Source of the DNA: Parachlamydiales bacterium
GTDB lineage: Bacteria > Chlamydiota > Chlamydiia > Chlamydiales > JAJFMK01
NCBI GenBank assembly: GCA_963765145.1
Contig: CAVXVG010000020.1
Span: 48,168 to 112,167 of the forward strand
Length of the DNA stretch: 64,000 nt
Direction of reading: 5' to 3'
Below, in pieces: positions 30,437 to 39,745 of the stretch (position 1 is its first letter; each line of letters starts with the position of its first letter). The position numbers and the translations under genes are program-made. The notes beneath the pieces are model-generated. The model was not told the DNA's origin. It saw nothing but the letters and a program-made list of their open reading frames with translations, and did not search any database.

Positions 30437-30536
30437 GACTTAAAATCCCTTGCTCTTTATCGGGCGTGCTGGTTCGACTCCAGTTCCGAGCACTTAATTT
30501 ACAGGGACTTAAGCGGAAATCAAAAAGGCTTAAGTC
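30437..30536 (+). repeat. att direct repeat copy 2 (3' part of tRNA-Leu plus terminator)
   Basis: Identical to 17233-17332. Confidence 0.95.
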
Positions 30537-30661
30537 TTCTTTCTTTTTGTTATTTTTCCTCACTTTTACGCACTTGCTAGAAGATTCAAGGCTTATGAGA
30601 TCGAGAAGAGATAAATTTCTGTTATTTTAACTTTATCGCCATTTAGAGCACGACTTATAGG

Positions 30662-31528
30662 CTACGACTGGTTTTGAATTCGTTCATAAAAACCATTTGT
30701 CATTTCAAAAGCATGTGTTAAGTCAGGATTTAATCCACATTCAATGGCCAATTTTTGAAAAAGATCCCTCCATCCATGGGGAGGAGCTATTAGACTGTTG
30801 GGTAAGAGATGCGTTCCTCTAGTTGCAAAAATAGTTGTAAGAGCTATTTTGCATTTATCTATATCAAAATCAGCGCTTCCCAATAGCAGGACCAAGTCAA
30901 TTAAGTCTTTTACTCTTGAATTTATTTTTCCATCTCTGGGAAGGCTATAGGCGTGGATCTTCTCAGCAAATTGCTGTTCTCTTGTGATCATAGGCATCAT
31001 GGGAGAAGGAATGTTACAAAATTCAAGCCAATCACTTCCCTTTATCCTGTCGACATGATTGACCAAGATATCGAGGCCAATATCTATTTGAAAACGTACG
31101 AAAAGCTTTCCATCCAAAAAGGAGGAAACGGGAAAACGAGCTCCTCCATAAGGGGCATTGTCTAGTTCAAGCTCAGGTTGGCCAATTTGATAAACAAAAA
31201 AATCATTTAGATCTATTTGAGCATAATCACGAAGAGTCTGAAAAATTCCTTCGGGTGCGGCTATTATTGTGCTTCTAAATCGCTCAAGATAGGTTAAATC
31301 GATATCCTTTGTAGCCCGAGCCTTCTCAAATCGCAATTCCATCGCATACCCACCCTTCAGAAGAAATTGGGGGCTTTCCGATTCCTGAAATATCCTGGCG
31401 AGCAAACGATCAAATGCTACCTTTCTCCTTAGACGTTGTAAATCTTGTTTAGAAGTCCTTGCGAGTGAATTTAATCGCGTCTCTAAGCTCTTGCGGAAGT
31501 CGGTGGCGGATTTAAATTGTATGCTCAT
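30662..31528 (-). CDS. abiEii: AbiEii-family nucleotidyltransferase toxin (type IV TA)
   Basis: LLKGGYAMELR...RATKDIDL, AEKIHA, NSRVKDLIDL. Confidence 0.9.
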   Translation of the reverse strand: MSIQFKSATDFRKSLETRLNSLARTSKQDLQRLRRKVAFDRLLARIFQESESPQFLLKGGYAMELRFEKARATKDIDLTYLERFRSTIIAAPEGIFQTLRDYAQIDLNDFFVYQIGQPELELDNAPYGGARFPVSSFLDGKLFVRFQIDIGLDILVNHVDRIKGSDWLEFCNIPSPMMPMITREQQFAEKIHAYSLPRDGKINSRVKDLIDLVLLLGSADFDIDKCKIALTTIFATRGTHLLPNSLIAPPHGWRDLFQKLAIECGLNPDLTHAFEMTNGFYERIQNQS

Positions 31529-32102
31529 ATATGAATTGCCTTAGTATTGCTGCTTGTTCATTCCGTTCTATTTCTTGTTTTGAGATAAGCCCTTGTTTGA
31601 TCGCTTGTCTTATTCCCAGCTCAATTTGATCCTCAGATACACTTTTGTCTTTGACAATATCCACAAGAGTTTTTAGTACTGTTGTTACTCTGTAGCCTTG
31701 CCTAACTTGAATATCCTGGGGAAGAAGAGTATTGTAATGCAGAACTAGCACTCCTGGGATTGTTTGATTGCGTCTGAAGTGATTCGGAACAGTCATATGC
31801 ATTTTTGCAGGCATGGTATCTGTGAGTTCATGGATATCAAGAGCGGTTTCATGAGACCATATTCCTTCCGGCTCTCCTTGCTTGTTTCGGCTCCATAGGC
31901 TCCAAAGGACAAGCTCTGGTCTACCTTGAATTGGGTAGCGCGCAAGTCGATAAATGCCTCTGAATTCCTTTATCCAACTTCCTGAAATGACATATCGGTG
32001 AAAATGAGAGCGGTGATACCCACACTCCTCCGCCTGTGAAGAAGTGAAATACCCCTGCTGCCTGTCTGCTACTTCAAAGAGTCTGTCTTTACTAGTCTCC
32101 AT
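31512..32102 (-). CDS. abiEi: AbiEi-family antitoxin / transcriptional regulator
   Basis: A.RQQGYFTSSQA...G...RGIYRL, SHETALDIHELTD, VTT..KTLVD; overlaps abiEii start. Confidence 0.88.
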   Translation of the reverse strand: METSKDRLFEVADRQQGYFTSSQAEECGYHRSHFHRYVISGSWIKEFRGIYRLARYPIQGRPELVLWSLWSRNKQGEPEGIWSHETALDIHELTDTMPAKMHMTVPNHFRRNQTIPGVLVLHYNTLLPQDIQVRQGYRVTTVLKTLVDIVKDKSVSEDQIELGIRQAIKQGLISKQEIERNEQAAILRQFIYEHTI

Positions 32103-32136
32103 ACACAAATGTTACCTTTTTGGTAACTTTTGTGTA
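32102..32136. promoter_or_regulatory. inverted repeat, probable AbiEi operator
   Basis: TACACAAATGTTACC-N5-GGTAACTTTTGTGTA (14/15 match) directly upstream of the abiEi ATG. Confidence 0.65.
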
Positions 32137-32147
32137 AATAGGGCTTT

Positions 32148-32939
32148 TTATTTAGCATATTTGAGAGCTGCCCAGGCAAGTAAAATAAAGGCTTTCCTAC
32201 TTTCGTCCAAAAAAGATTTGTCAACAAGGGTGATTTGCCAATGAATTAAACCCTCAGGCTTAGAAAGGTTGGCGACAGCAACTAACCGATTAGTCACAGC
32301 TTCGCGAAAGACTAGGCTCATCTTGTCATTATTGCCTTTAGCATGCGCCAGAGGACGTCCTAAACCTGAATAAAGCTCCAAATGGCTATTTGTTAATTTA
32401 ATCACCCCAATGCGATTACCATTAACATGGGCCAGTAAGTTAGACTCGTCTCTGAACACCTTTTTTCCTGTTGGATAGGAGAAATCGAAGGTTCCAAACT
32501 CACTGTCTTCCACTAGAAATTCCAACGTTGCGTTTTGAAAAAGAGAAAACATGTGTTTGGCGGCATGTTGTTCTAGTCTGATTTGGTTATCATTGGTGCC
32601 AAATACTCGACAAAAAATATGACAAATTGGGGTAAAAGAGCTGTGGAGGGAACTTTTATTGGATAAAGAATCAATGAGGTAGTATTCAACATTATTAGCA
32701 ATTTCTATCGGGAATTCGGGCATCCTCTCAACAGAATCAAAGGAATAGCGCAAGCATGTTGTTTCAACAGAATCTGCAAAAACAAATATTTTGCGAAATA
32801 GTCTCTCGGTCCACTCCATCTTTTGCCATGAATGCTTTTCGTAGCTATAAAAGCGACCATTCGACGCTTCTGACTTTAAAAGAGGAAGTGTCAATGAACT
32901 TTCGTTTATTTGTTCGTATTCAGTTGTAATTGCGATCAT
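32148..32939 (-). CDS. hypothetical protein (beta-rich with terminal hydrophobic helix; possibly LURP-one/tubby-like)
   Basis: Long ORF; start trimmed to ATG 32939 because the longer call overlaps the island end repeat. Confidence 0.5.
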   Translation of the reverse strand: MIAITTEYEQINESSLTLPLLKSEASNGRFYSYEKHSWQKMEWTERLFRKIFVFADSVETTCLRYSFDSVERMPEFPIEIANNVEYYLIDSLSNKSSLHSSFTPICHIFCRVFGTNDNQIRLEQHAAKHMFSLFQNATLEFLVEDSEFGTFDFSYPTGKKVFRDESNLLAHVNGNRIGVIKLTNSHLELYSGLGRPLAHAKGNNDKMSLVFREAVTNRLVAVANLSKPEGLIHWQITLVDKSFLDESRKAFILLAWAALKYAK

Positions 32940-33015
32940 AGAAATTCCTGTGCAGGTTTCAAAATTGCATTCTGTGTTTTTGAGTCTAGTAAAAAGCATG
33001 CCTTGATGGGGTTTT

Positions 33016-33201
33016 TTACGCAAAATTTACGCACTAAAGGGCAAAAAACTGGCATAAAATGGCGATGAGCTGCACAATCACAAGCTTTGTAATATGTTCA
33101 CGGTGTTGTGCTTGATGATGCTAGGTCATTCCAGTTTAAGCAATGATAACCGACTTAAAATCCCTTGCTCTTTATCGGCCGTGCTGGTTCGACTCCAGTT
33201 C
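33016..33201 (+). repeat. island right-end copy 2 plus att copy 3
   Basis: 33152-33201 matches tRNA 17233-17282 with one mismatch (33179) and lacks the final CGAGCA. Confidence 0.9.
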
Positions 33202-33329
33202 TAAGTTAGCCCCTCTTTCAATAATTGTAGCTTAGGCTTTAGCCTGAGGGTGTTTTTGCGGGTTTTAACCCGCAACTTCCCCAATGTACTCCGCACATTG
33301 CAAGAGGGAGGAAAGCATTTCCGCATCGC

Positions 33330-33546
33330 AGGCCGGGCCTAGGGTGAAACATATCACTCAAAAATTGGGAATTTCTCGTAGTGAGAAACCAGAAATTTCC
33401 TGTCCCAATTTTTTCCCTCGATTTGTTGTTTAAGCAGAGAAAAAACACCATGTGAGCAGCTGTTAAAAAAGGCCCAAGATTGGAGGGATAAAATCAGTCC
33501 GTTTTTTGCAAAAAATCGGCGATTTGTTTCACCCCAGGCCCGGCCT
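33330..33546. mobile_element. MITE-like element, 217 bp
   Basis: 22-bp terminal inverted repeats AGGCCGGGCCTAGGGTGAAACA / TGTTTCACCCCAGGCCCGGCCT (1 mismatch); no ORF. Confidence 0.65.
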
Positions 33547-33646
33547 CGAGATTCTTCGATCCCCTGGGTCTTGGGCTTTTAATTTTACAATAAATCAAAA
33601 ATACATTTACAATGTAAGGCGATTATGTAATTAAGGCTAGATATCT

Positions 33647-34045
33647 ATGGCATCAGTGATTGGATTGGGAACAGCGCTTGGTACTGCATGCATTGCAGCT
33701 TACGACTATTTTTGTCCATCGGGCAAAAAAAATGAGAGCGAAAGTCCTCTTACAGGACGAGCCGTCTTGATCAAAGGAGCCCAACTTGGAGCAGGGGCAT
33801 TGACCGTTGCTATTGCCGGCCTCTTTGCCTATAAGGTTCTTCCTTACCTCCTAGATGCGAAAGGGGGACGAATCACTTTTGAATTTGTAAAAAACAATAG
33901 TAAAATTGATCTGATTATAAGGGAGACTTCCTGGGCTGAATTATTCCCACATAACGTCATTGAAAAAGGTTTTCTGATCTTTTCTCAAATCATGTTGGGG
34001 GTCCCTCTTTATTTCATAATGAAGGAAAAATTTTCCACCCCTTAA
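33647..34045 (+). CDS. hypothetical membrane protein
   Basis: 132 aa with three hydrophobic segments. Confidence 0.55.
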   Translation: MASVIGLGTALGTACIAAYDYFCPSGKKNESESPLTGRAVLIKGAQLGAGALTVAIAGLFAYKVLPYLLDAKGGRITFEFVKNNSKIDLIIRETSWAELFPHNVIEKGFLIFSQIMLGVPLYFIMKEKFSTP

Positions 34046-34182
34046 TTAGTGTTCTCATCATTGAGAAAAAGCACCAAATTTTGAGTTGGAGTTTTGCTGA
34101 TATATCTATTAATTATTTTTTGTTCTAATTCTCGTGTTTGCTATAATTACTCTCCAATATTTTTTAAAAAAGAGGGGAAAAA

Positions 34183-35112
34183 ATGGCGACCATATCGAGA
34201 AATCGATTTGCGGCACTGGAGGCAAATTACTTTAATGGTGCAGAAGAGCTCAAAGGGCAGCTCGATCTTTTGGGTAAGGCTTTTAGCGCCGAGGTGATCC
34301 GTTTAGACCATCTTCACGATATCTATCCCATCTATGGTGCTCTGAATCGGATTACTCAAGCTGTAGCAGAACTTGCCAACGAAGAGTTGACTGCTGAATG
34401 GAGTGAGATCTTAACGACCCTTCATGGAAGAAAAATTCACCAGGTTGGATTTGGTCAAACCTCGATTGATACCTCTTTTGCTAATGATTTACTGACAAAA
34501 AAGCCGGGCGTAGAAGAATGGCAGGTGGGTGTCTGCGATTTAAAAAATTCAAAGAGCGTTTCTGATTTAATCGATTACCAACAGGCTGTTGACAAAGAGG
34601 CCTACGCAGAATGTCATAGAAGGGGATTTTTTGAATACTTGTTTGGGTCAAAAGATGCTCTCTGCATGACAGCAAAAAATGACCAAGGGCAAATTGTGGG
34701 GGCTTTGTGGGGCTTTTTCAAAGAAGAAAATGGGGGCAAGATCTTTCATTTCTTTGACCTTTCCTGTCGAGCGCAGTTTGCACACATGGGGGTTGCAAAA
34801 GCTCTGATTGAGTGTGCGAAAGCGCAGCAGGTCAACTATCCGGAAGTGATGACGGCTACCCTAAATGTGATGGCAAACAATCCTCTCGCCAAGCAGATCT
34901 ATGAGAATCTCGAGTTCAAGACTATAGATCCTTCTGAGAACGAGAAGATTTTCATGGCAAAGCCTATTGCAGAGGCAAGCAAAGACGTTCCAGTTGATGC
35001 AAAAGCCATTGTGGTCCGGTTTGTAATGGCGTCGGTGTCTCTGCCTTATTTGCTCTTCAACGAGCTTGTCCGCCGCACGGAGCTGTTGTTCCGCTCCTGG
35101 TGGTATCAATAG
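34183..35112 (+). CDS. GNAT-family acetyltransferase with N-terminal extension
   Basis: FAHMGVAKALIE (motif A-like), LNVMANNPLAKQIYENLEF. Confidence 0.75.
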   Translation: MATISRNRFAALEANYFNGAEELKGQLDLLGKAFSAEVIRLDHLHDIYPIYGALNRITQAVAELANEELTAEWSEILTTLHGRKIHQVGFGQTSIDTSFANDLLTKKPGVEEWQVGVCDLKNSKSVSDLIDYQQAVDKEAYAECHRRGFFEYLFGSKDALCMTAKNDQGQIVGALWGFFKEENGGKIFHFFDLSCRAQFAHMGVAKALIECAKAQQVNYPEVMTATLNVMANNPLAKQIYENLEFKTIDPSENEKIFMAKPIAEASKDVPVDAKAIVVRFVMASVSLPYLLFNELVRRTELLFRSWWYQ

Positions 35113-35250
35113 TTTTTGGTGAAAGGGGCCGAGCCTATCCTGCGATAATCTGGCATCATGTTTTGAATAGGTAGAGCCATAAGAACATCTCCTTTTGCAT
35201 AGGAGTTTAAAGAATGTCGATTTTAAAGAAAGACCCGGTTGGTCCTTAAT

Positions 35251-35931
35251 TTAATCTTCTATGTGCTGTGCGTGAGGGAATTGGGAGAGAAGTGCCTTGT
35301 CAAGTTTTCCATCGGCTCTCGAAAGGTCAAATTGAAGGTTTGAAACGGCACGTTTTAGAGGATCTAAATGGGCCACGCTCATTGCTTCTGTGATTTTCAA
35401 GAATTGAAGTGGCGCTTCCTCTAGTGGTTGGAGAGAAGGGACGTTGCATGCATTCAGAATTGTCACCGAATTTAGAGGAGCTCCATTTAAGAATTCGATA
35501 TCTTGCAATATGGCGCCCTGCGAGATCACAAGTTCCTGAAGACATGGGCTCTTTACCTTTTCAAGCGATTCGATGAAATGACCAATACGCAATTTTTCGA
35601 GACGGGGAAAAAAAGATAAAAGGCGGCCTGAGCTGACATGCGAGACATCCATATCCATGTCTGTTACTTTTTCTCGAACTTCTTTTGGCATCTGTTCTAA
35701 AAAGGTGTAGAAATCGTCCTGTTCAGTGTAAGGGTCGCAAACTTTGAAGGAGCTCTCATGAAGTTGGTAGACTACACCGCCTAATGAAGGAGCAGGAAGT
35801 GATCCATCGCCTGCCTTCAAAGTCTTCACAAAAAGTATTTGATAGACTGTCATTTCCGATTGCCGCTCTTCCAAAGTGCGGATGACGGAATGCCTATGAT
35901 TTGTTGGGGTACTTGGTACTGAAGAGGTCAT
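35251..35931 (-). CDS. leucine-rich-repeat protein
   Basis: FPRLEKLRI, LQELVI, PLNSVTILNA..VPSLQPL, PLQFLKI; Ser/Pro-rich N-terminus. Confidence 0.6.
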   Translation of the reverse strand: MTSSVPSTPTNHRHSVIRTLEERQSEMTVYQILFVKTLKAGDGSLPAPSLGGVVYQLHESSFKVCDPYTEQDDFYTFLEQMPKEVREKVTDMDMDVSHVSSGRLLSFFPRLEKLRIGHFIESLEKVKSPCLQELVISQGAILQDIEFLNGAPLNSVTILNACNVPSLQPLEEAPLQFLKITEAMSVAHLDPLKRAVSNLQFDLSRADGKLDKALLSQFPHAQHIED

Positions 35932-35944
35932 AACGATTATTCCA

Positions 35945-38241
35945 TCACAATTTATAACTTTCTAAAAGGGCATGCAGTGTGAGCTCCTTTGCATTAGAGG
36001 GAGCTATGCATGCATTAGTAGTATACGCTAAATCTTCAATTTCGCGGGTGATGGATTGCGTTTCAGCAATGAGATGCTCAACCTTATTGTCGCCTAGCAT
36101 CAATTCGCTTTCAAGATTTTGGAACAGTTCCGTGTGGGCTTCCTCTAGGAGAGCTAGTTGATCTGCTCCTATGTGACTTCTTAAAAGAGGATCCTGCAGG
36201 GAAAGTCCTGCCATAGAGCGCAGAATAGCCTCGATTTTCGGGGGTAGTGAGGGGGATTCCGCCAATTCCGATTTCTCTAACTTAGAAACTGCTAAGGCAA
36301 AGAGATCTTCAGGGGCGACAAGATTATCGCGGATGTGTGCATGAGCATCCTTTAATTTTGCCAATCTATCGTTTAAAGCGGGAATTAAACTCTCGGGGTC
36401 GCTTGGACTTAGCTCATTTGCGAGTTGTCGGATCGCAAAGGCAAAGGGTAGCATTTTTTTTCGCTTCAATTTTTCAAGGTCGTCAACCTTCTCATAAAGT
36501 TCGGTGATCAGCAGTTCGTGTTGCCCATAAAGTTGGGCGATCAGCTGTTCATGCTCCTTATTGAGTTCGGCAATTAGCTGTTCGTGCTTCTCATTGAGTT
36601 GGGCGACTTGCTCATCTTTCCCATAAAGTTCGGCGATCTGAAGTTTATGCTGTTTATTGAGTTCGGCAATCTGCTTCTTGTGTAGTTCGCTGTCTTTGGA
36701 TTTCATTTGGGCTACGAGTTCATGTCCCGCATACACGATCCTGAGGAGATATTTGGACCGTTTTACCAAGGCATCATAAGGGGTAGCCTTTTGATCGAGG
36801 TCATCTTGGTAATGGGAGAGGAATTTCCCCAAATTTTCTTTCATGCTGCTCAGACATTCTTGAGGAGTCCCATCTTCCGAAGATCCGTGAACAGATAGAG
36901 GACGGATCGGTTGATCTCCAAATAGGAGGCGGATCAGCCAACTCCTCCACCCTTTAGGCCCATCATAATGAGCCTCCCTAAGAGGGGAAAGAGCCTGCCT
37001 CATCCGTTGCTCATGGATTTGCCCTCCATTGCGAAAGCAAGTGATGCCGTAGCCTCCTTGAGTCAGATAGCTATCGTCATAAAGGGCATTTCTAAGGGAA
37101 GCGTGGGCTGCGAGTTTTACATATAGGGAATCAGTATCCTCTTTTCGAGCCTTAAGGATCTCCTCCTCCAGCGCATCCATCTTTTTGCCAATTTCGAGGA
37201 CAAGTGGCGCCCTAAACAGGAGAATAGCATCCTGCATTTTTTCTCGGGTGTCGGGATCATTTAAGAGTTGCTGGTACTTTAGCGCAATTTCAAGAGCCCC
37301 CCCTTCCTATAAAGAGGCTCAATGACTTCCGCTTCTGATGGGACAATTCTGGCAAAAACCTTTAAAATCCCTAAGTGAAGAGCACGCTCGAAAGCCTGCG
37401 CTTCGCCTAGCCGCTTAATCTCTCTTTTTCCACGATTATCAATCTCTTCTTTTTCGTGCTCTTTTTTTCCCTCTGTATTCTTAAGAATAGTATAATCGGC
37501 TTGCAGCCTCTTACGATACTTAGTGAGTAATTCTGGCTTGGAGGAGAGGGAGCGATAAACTTGTAAAGCCGCTAGGTTTGCTTCAAGAGCGGCAAAGTCG
37601 CTTTTTGCCTTGGAAGATGTGAGACGTGCTTCTGTTTGTAGAGCCTCTCCCGGATGATTGGTGTAGGTAGATACATCGGCCATATCGCTTGTATGTCCAT
37701 CAAATATAGCACGCCATAGGTGCTGAAAAAGTACCCATTCTCTGGACTCGTTAGTGTGCGAAAGGGGCCCATAAAGAACGCGGTCAATGTCTGAGTCGTG
37801 CCCTGGGGTTCCAAATGCGGTAGCTTCCCCTAAACCGTCAGTCGCCATGTTGATCGAAACTTTCCCGGTGAGCGTTGTGATCGATTGCCTAAGGGAGTCA
37901 AAAGAGAGCATCGAGCTCTTTGGCTCACTTTTTTTGAGGTTTGCCCAGCCATCCTCCTTCATCTTAGAGAGGAGGCCTTGATTTTGTGACTTCACTGATT
38001 TCATTTCCGCAAACAAGTTAGGTTGGCTAGTCTTTGTCAACTTGCGGAGTTTTTGAGCAGTCGCATTTATGCTCTCTGGACCGACTTTTTCTGAAAAAAG
38101 AGTACCGTCCAGTTCTTCCGATGAAACAGGCTTAGCAGGAAGGATCTTCCCAAGATAGGGGAGCCCTATATGGAAAGAAGAGAACCAAGAAGTAAAACCT
38201 TCGAAAAGCCAAATTGATGTCATATTAAAATATTTAAACAC
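35945..38241 (-). CDS. large nucleotidyltransferase-motif / coiled-coil protein, split by a 1-nt frameshift at C7 run 37297-37303
   Basis: Adding one base joins ORFs 37279-38241 and 35945-37237 into ~765 aa; motif FGTPGHDSDID. Confidence 0.6.
36490..36690 (-). repeat. intragenic imperfect 33-bp tandem repeat (11-aa coiled-coil unit)
   Basis: QIAELNKQHKL / QIAELYGKDE / QVAQLNEKHEQ / LIAELNKEHEQ / LIAQLYGQHEL / LITELYEK. Confidence 0.75.
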
Positions 38242-38555
38242 AAATATATTTAGATAATATAAAGGTTCTTGAGCATAAATCCTTTAGCACGCGCTGATAA
38301 TTATATCTCTTATTCAGATTTCTATGCATTGAGGTATCCATTGGAGCTGTATGATAAAAAAGAATACATCTCCTTATTCTCGAGAGACCTCCTACAAACA
38401 ATTGCGTCAGAGCAACATTTTTTGATCCAATTAAAGCCGAGCCTCAATTGGGGTAAAAGCATCCTTTAAATCCCAAACTTCTTCCAAGCGATAGGGGTTT
38501 GGAGCTGACAAAATTTTGCCCATTTTGCACAATGCGTTCTCTTAAAGGGGGTTTT

Positions 38556-39104
38556 ATGTCCACTTCATCACTCAATCTTCAAGCTGTGCACAGCAGCTTG
38601 GTTGTCATCAATCCACAAGGTGGCGAACTTGATAAGCAAGCCATGTTACGCATCCAAGGGGTCGTTAGCCACCTTCTCAAAATAAAACGGGAGCCGATTT
38701 ATGGAGGGCAGGATCTCCTGCTTGGTCTGATGTGGGAAAAACCGAGTGTGTTGCAGACTCGTGTTCTTTACGAGGGGGTAAATCTGCTGGGTATTCTTGT
38801 CTTCGGAAACAACGTGGAACAAGCGGCTGATGGGAAGGATGCGATTGCCATTAAAGCCCTTGAAATTACAAAATTGGCACCAAAGCGGCAGCAAAAGAAG
38901 GAATGTTTCGAAAAGCTTTTGAATATTGTGAAAGAGCATGTGAAACTAAATCATTCCTCCCTCCTAGATCTTTCAACAGTGATTAGTCAGGAAGAGAATG
39001 AGGTGCGAGATCTTTTTCAAGATTGCGGGTTTAGGATCACCAAGACGCAGAAAAGTTCTCGTTATAAGGAGAAATCAGAGCATCTGCTCCGCCTTTCAAA
39101 CTAG
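38556..39104 (+). CDS. GNAT-fold-like hypothetical protein
   Basis: LGILVF...IKALEIT...TVISQEENEVRDLFQDCGFRI pattern. Confidence 0.5.
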   Translation: MSTSSLNLQAVHSSLVVINPQGGELDKQAMLRIQGVVSHLLKIKREPIYGGQDLLLGLMWEKPSVLQTRVLYEGVNLLGILVFGNNVEQAADGKDAIAIKALEITKLAPKRQQKKECFEKLLNIVKEHVKLNHSSLLDLSTVISQEENEVRDLFQDCGFRITKTQKSSRYKEKSEHLLRLSN

Positions 39105-39256
39105 GTCTAAAGGCAGAATCTCTTTGATCTGCAATGTTGTTAATATAACTAATCGTTAACTTTTAAATGTTTGTGGACAATACTTTGGTGTATTATTTTC
39201 CTTTTGCTGAAAAAAGACGGATGTTTTTTGCTGTTGGTTTTTGGAGGTTGTCAGGG

Positions 39257-39607
39257 ATGGAAGTCGATAAATTTGTGAATATAATGGTGAATGTTCCAGC
39301 CGACCACGCCGATGCAGTGCGAGCAGCAATGGGTGAGGCTGGGGCAGGTAGACTTGGCAATTACCAATATGGCTCTTTTTCTGTTAAAGGAACGGGTAGA
39401 TTTATCCCGCAAAATGAAGCTCAACCTAAGATTGGGAAGGTGGGAGAGCTAGAATCGGTTGAAGAAGAATTGATCGAAGTTTTGTGTGAAGAGTCGATAC
39501 TGGAAAAGGTGGTCGAGGCAATTGAAAAGGTCCATCCTTATGAAGAAATTGGCATCACTTTTTTCCCAGTTCAAGTGGTTAGATCCAAGGCTAAGAAAAA
39601 AGCATGA
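39257..39607 (+). CDS. YqfO/NIF3 PII-like domain protein
   Basis: VPADHADAVRAAMGEAGAGRLGNYQYGSF...GTGRF.P...HPYEE. Confidence 0.85.
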   Translation: MEVDKFVNIMVNVPADHADAVRAAMGEAGAGRLGNYQYGSFSVKGTGRFIPQNEAQPKIGKVGELESVEEELIEVLCEESILEKVVEAIEKVHPYEEIGITFFPVQVVRSKAKKKA

Positions 39608-39745
39608 GTAAACAAGCCTAACCTCCAGGCCCTGCAATAGTGAAAGGGGCCCTGGGTTGCATCGCCAGCACCTTGGCTTTGCTCTTTCCAAAAGACAGGT
39701 ATTTCGATATTATTCATTTAATAAAAACCTACAATTTTTTGTTTA

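Larger units (their letters stand above)
17233..30536 (+). mobile_element. tRNA-Leu-integrated genomic island (phage-satellite/PICI-like), 13,204 bp between att starts
   Basis: Flanking att repeats plus integrase, Xis-like protein, DUF927 helicase, primase and cargo; no capsid, tail or conjugation genes recognised. Confidence 0.9.
30437..33201 (+). mobile_element. non-autonomous 2,715-bp mini-island in tandem at tRNA-Leu
   Basis: Bounded by att copies 2 and 3, shares both end sequences with the large island, encodes no integrase. Confidence 0.8.

Noticed and set aside
30437..30492. Second tRNA-Leu gene (also 33152-33201)
   Set aside because: Only the 3' part from the anticodon arm is present; these are att repeats.
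17233..30536. Complete prophage or ICE
   Set aside because: No capsid, portal, large terminase, tail, relaxase or T4SS genes were recognised.
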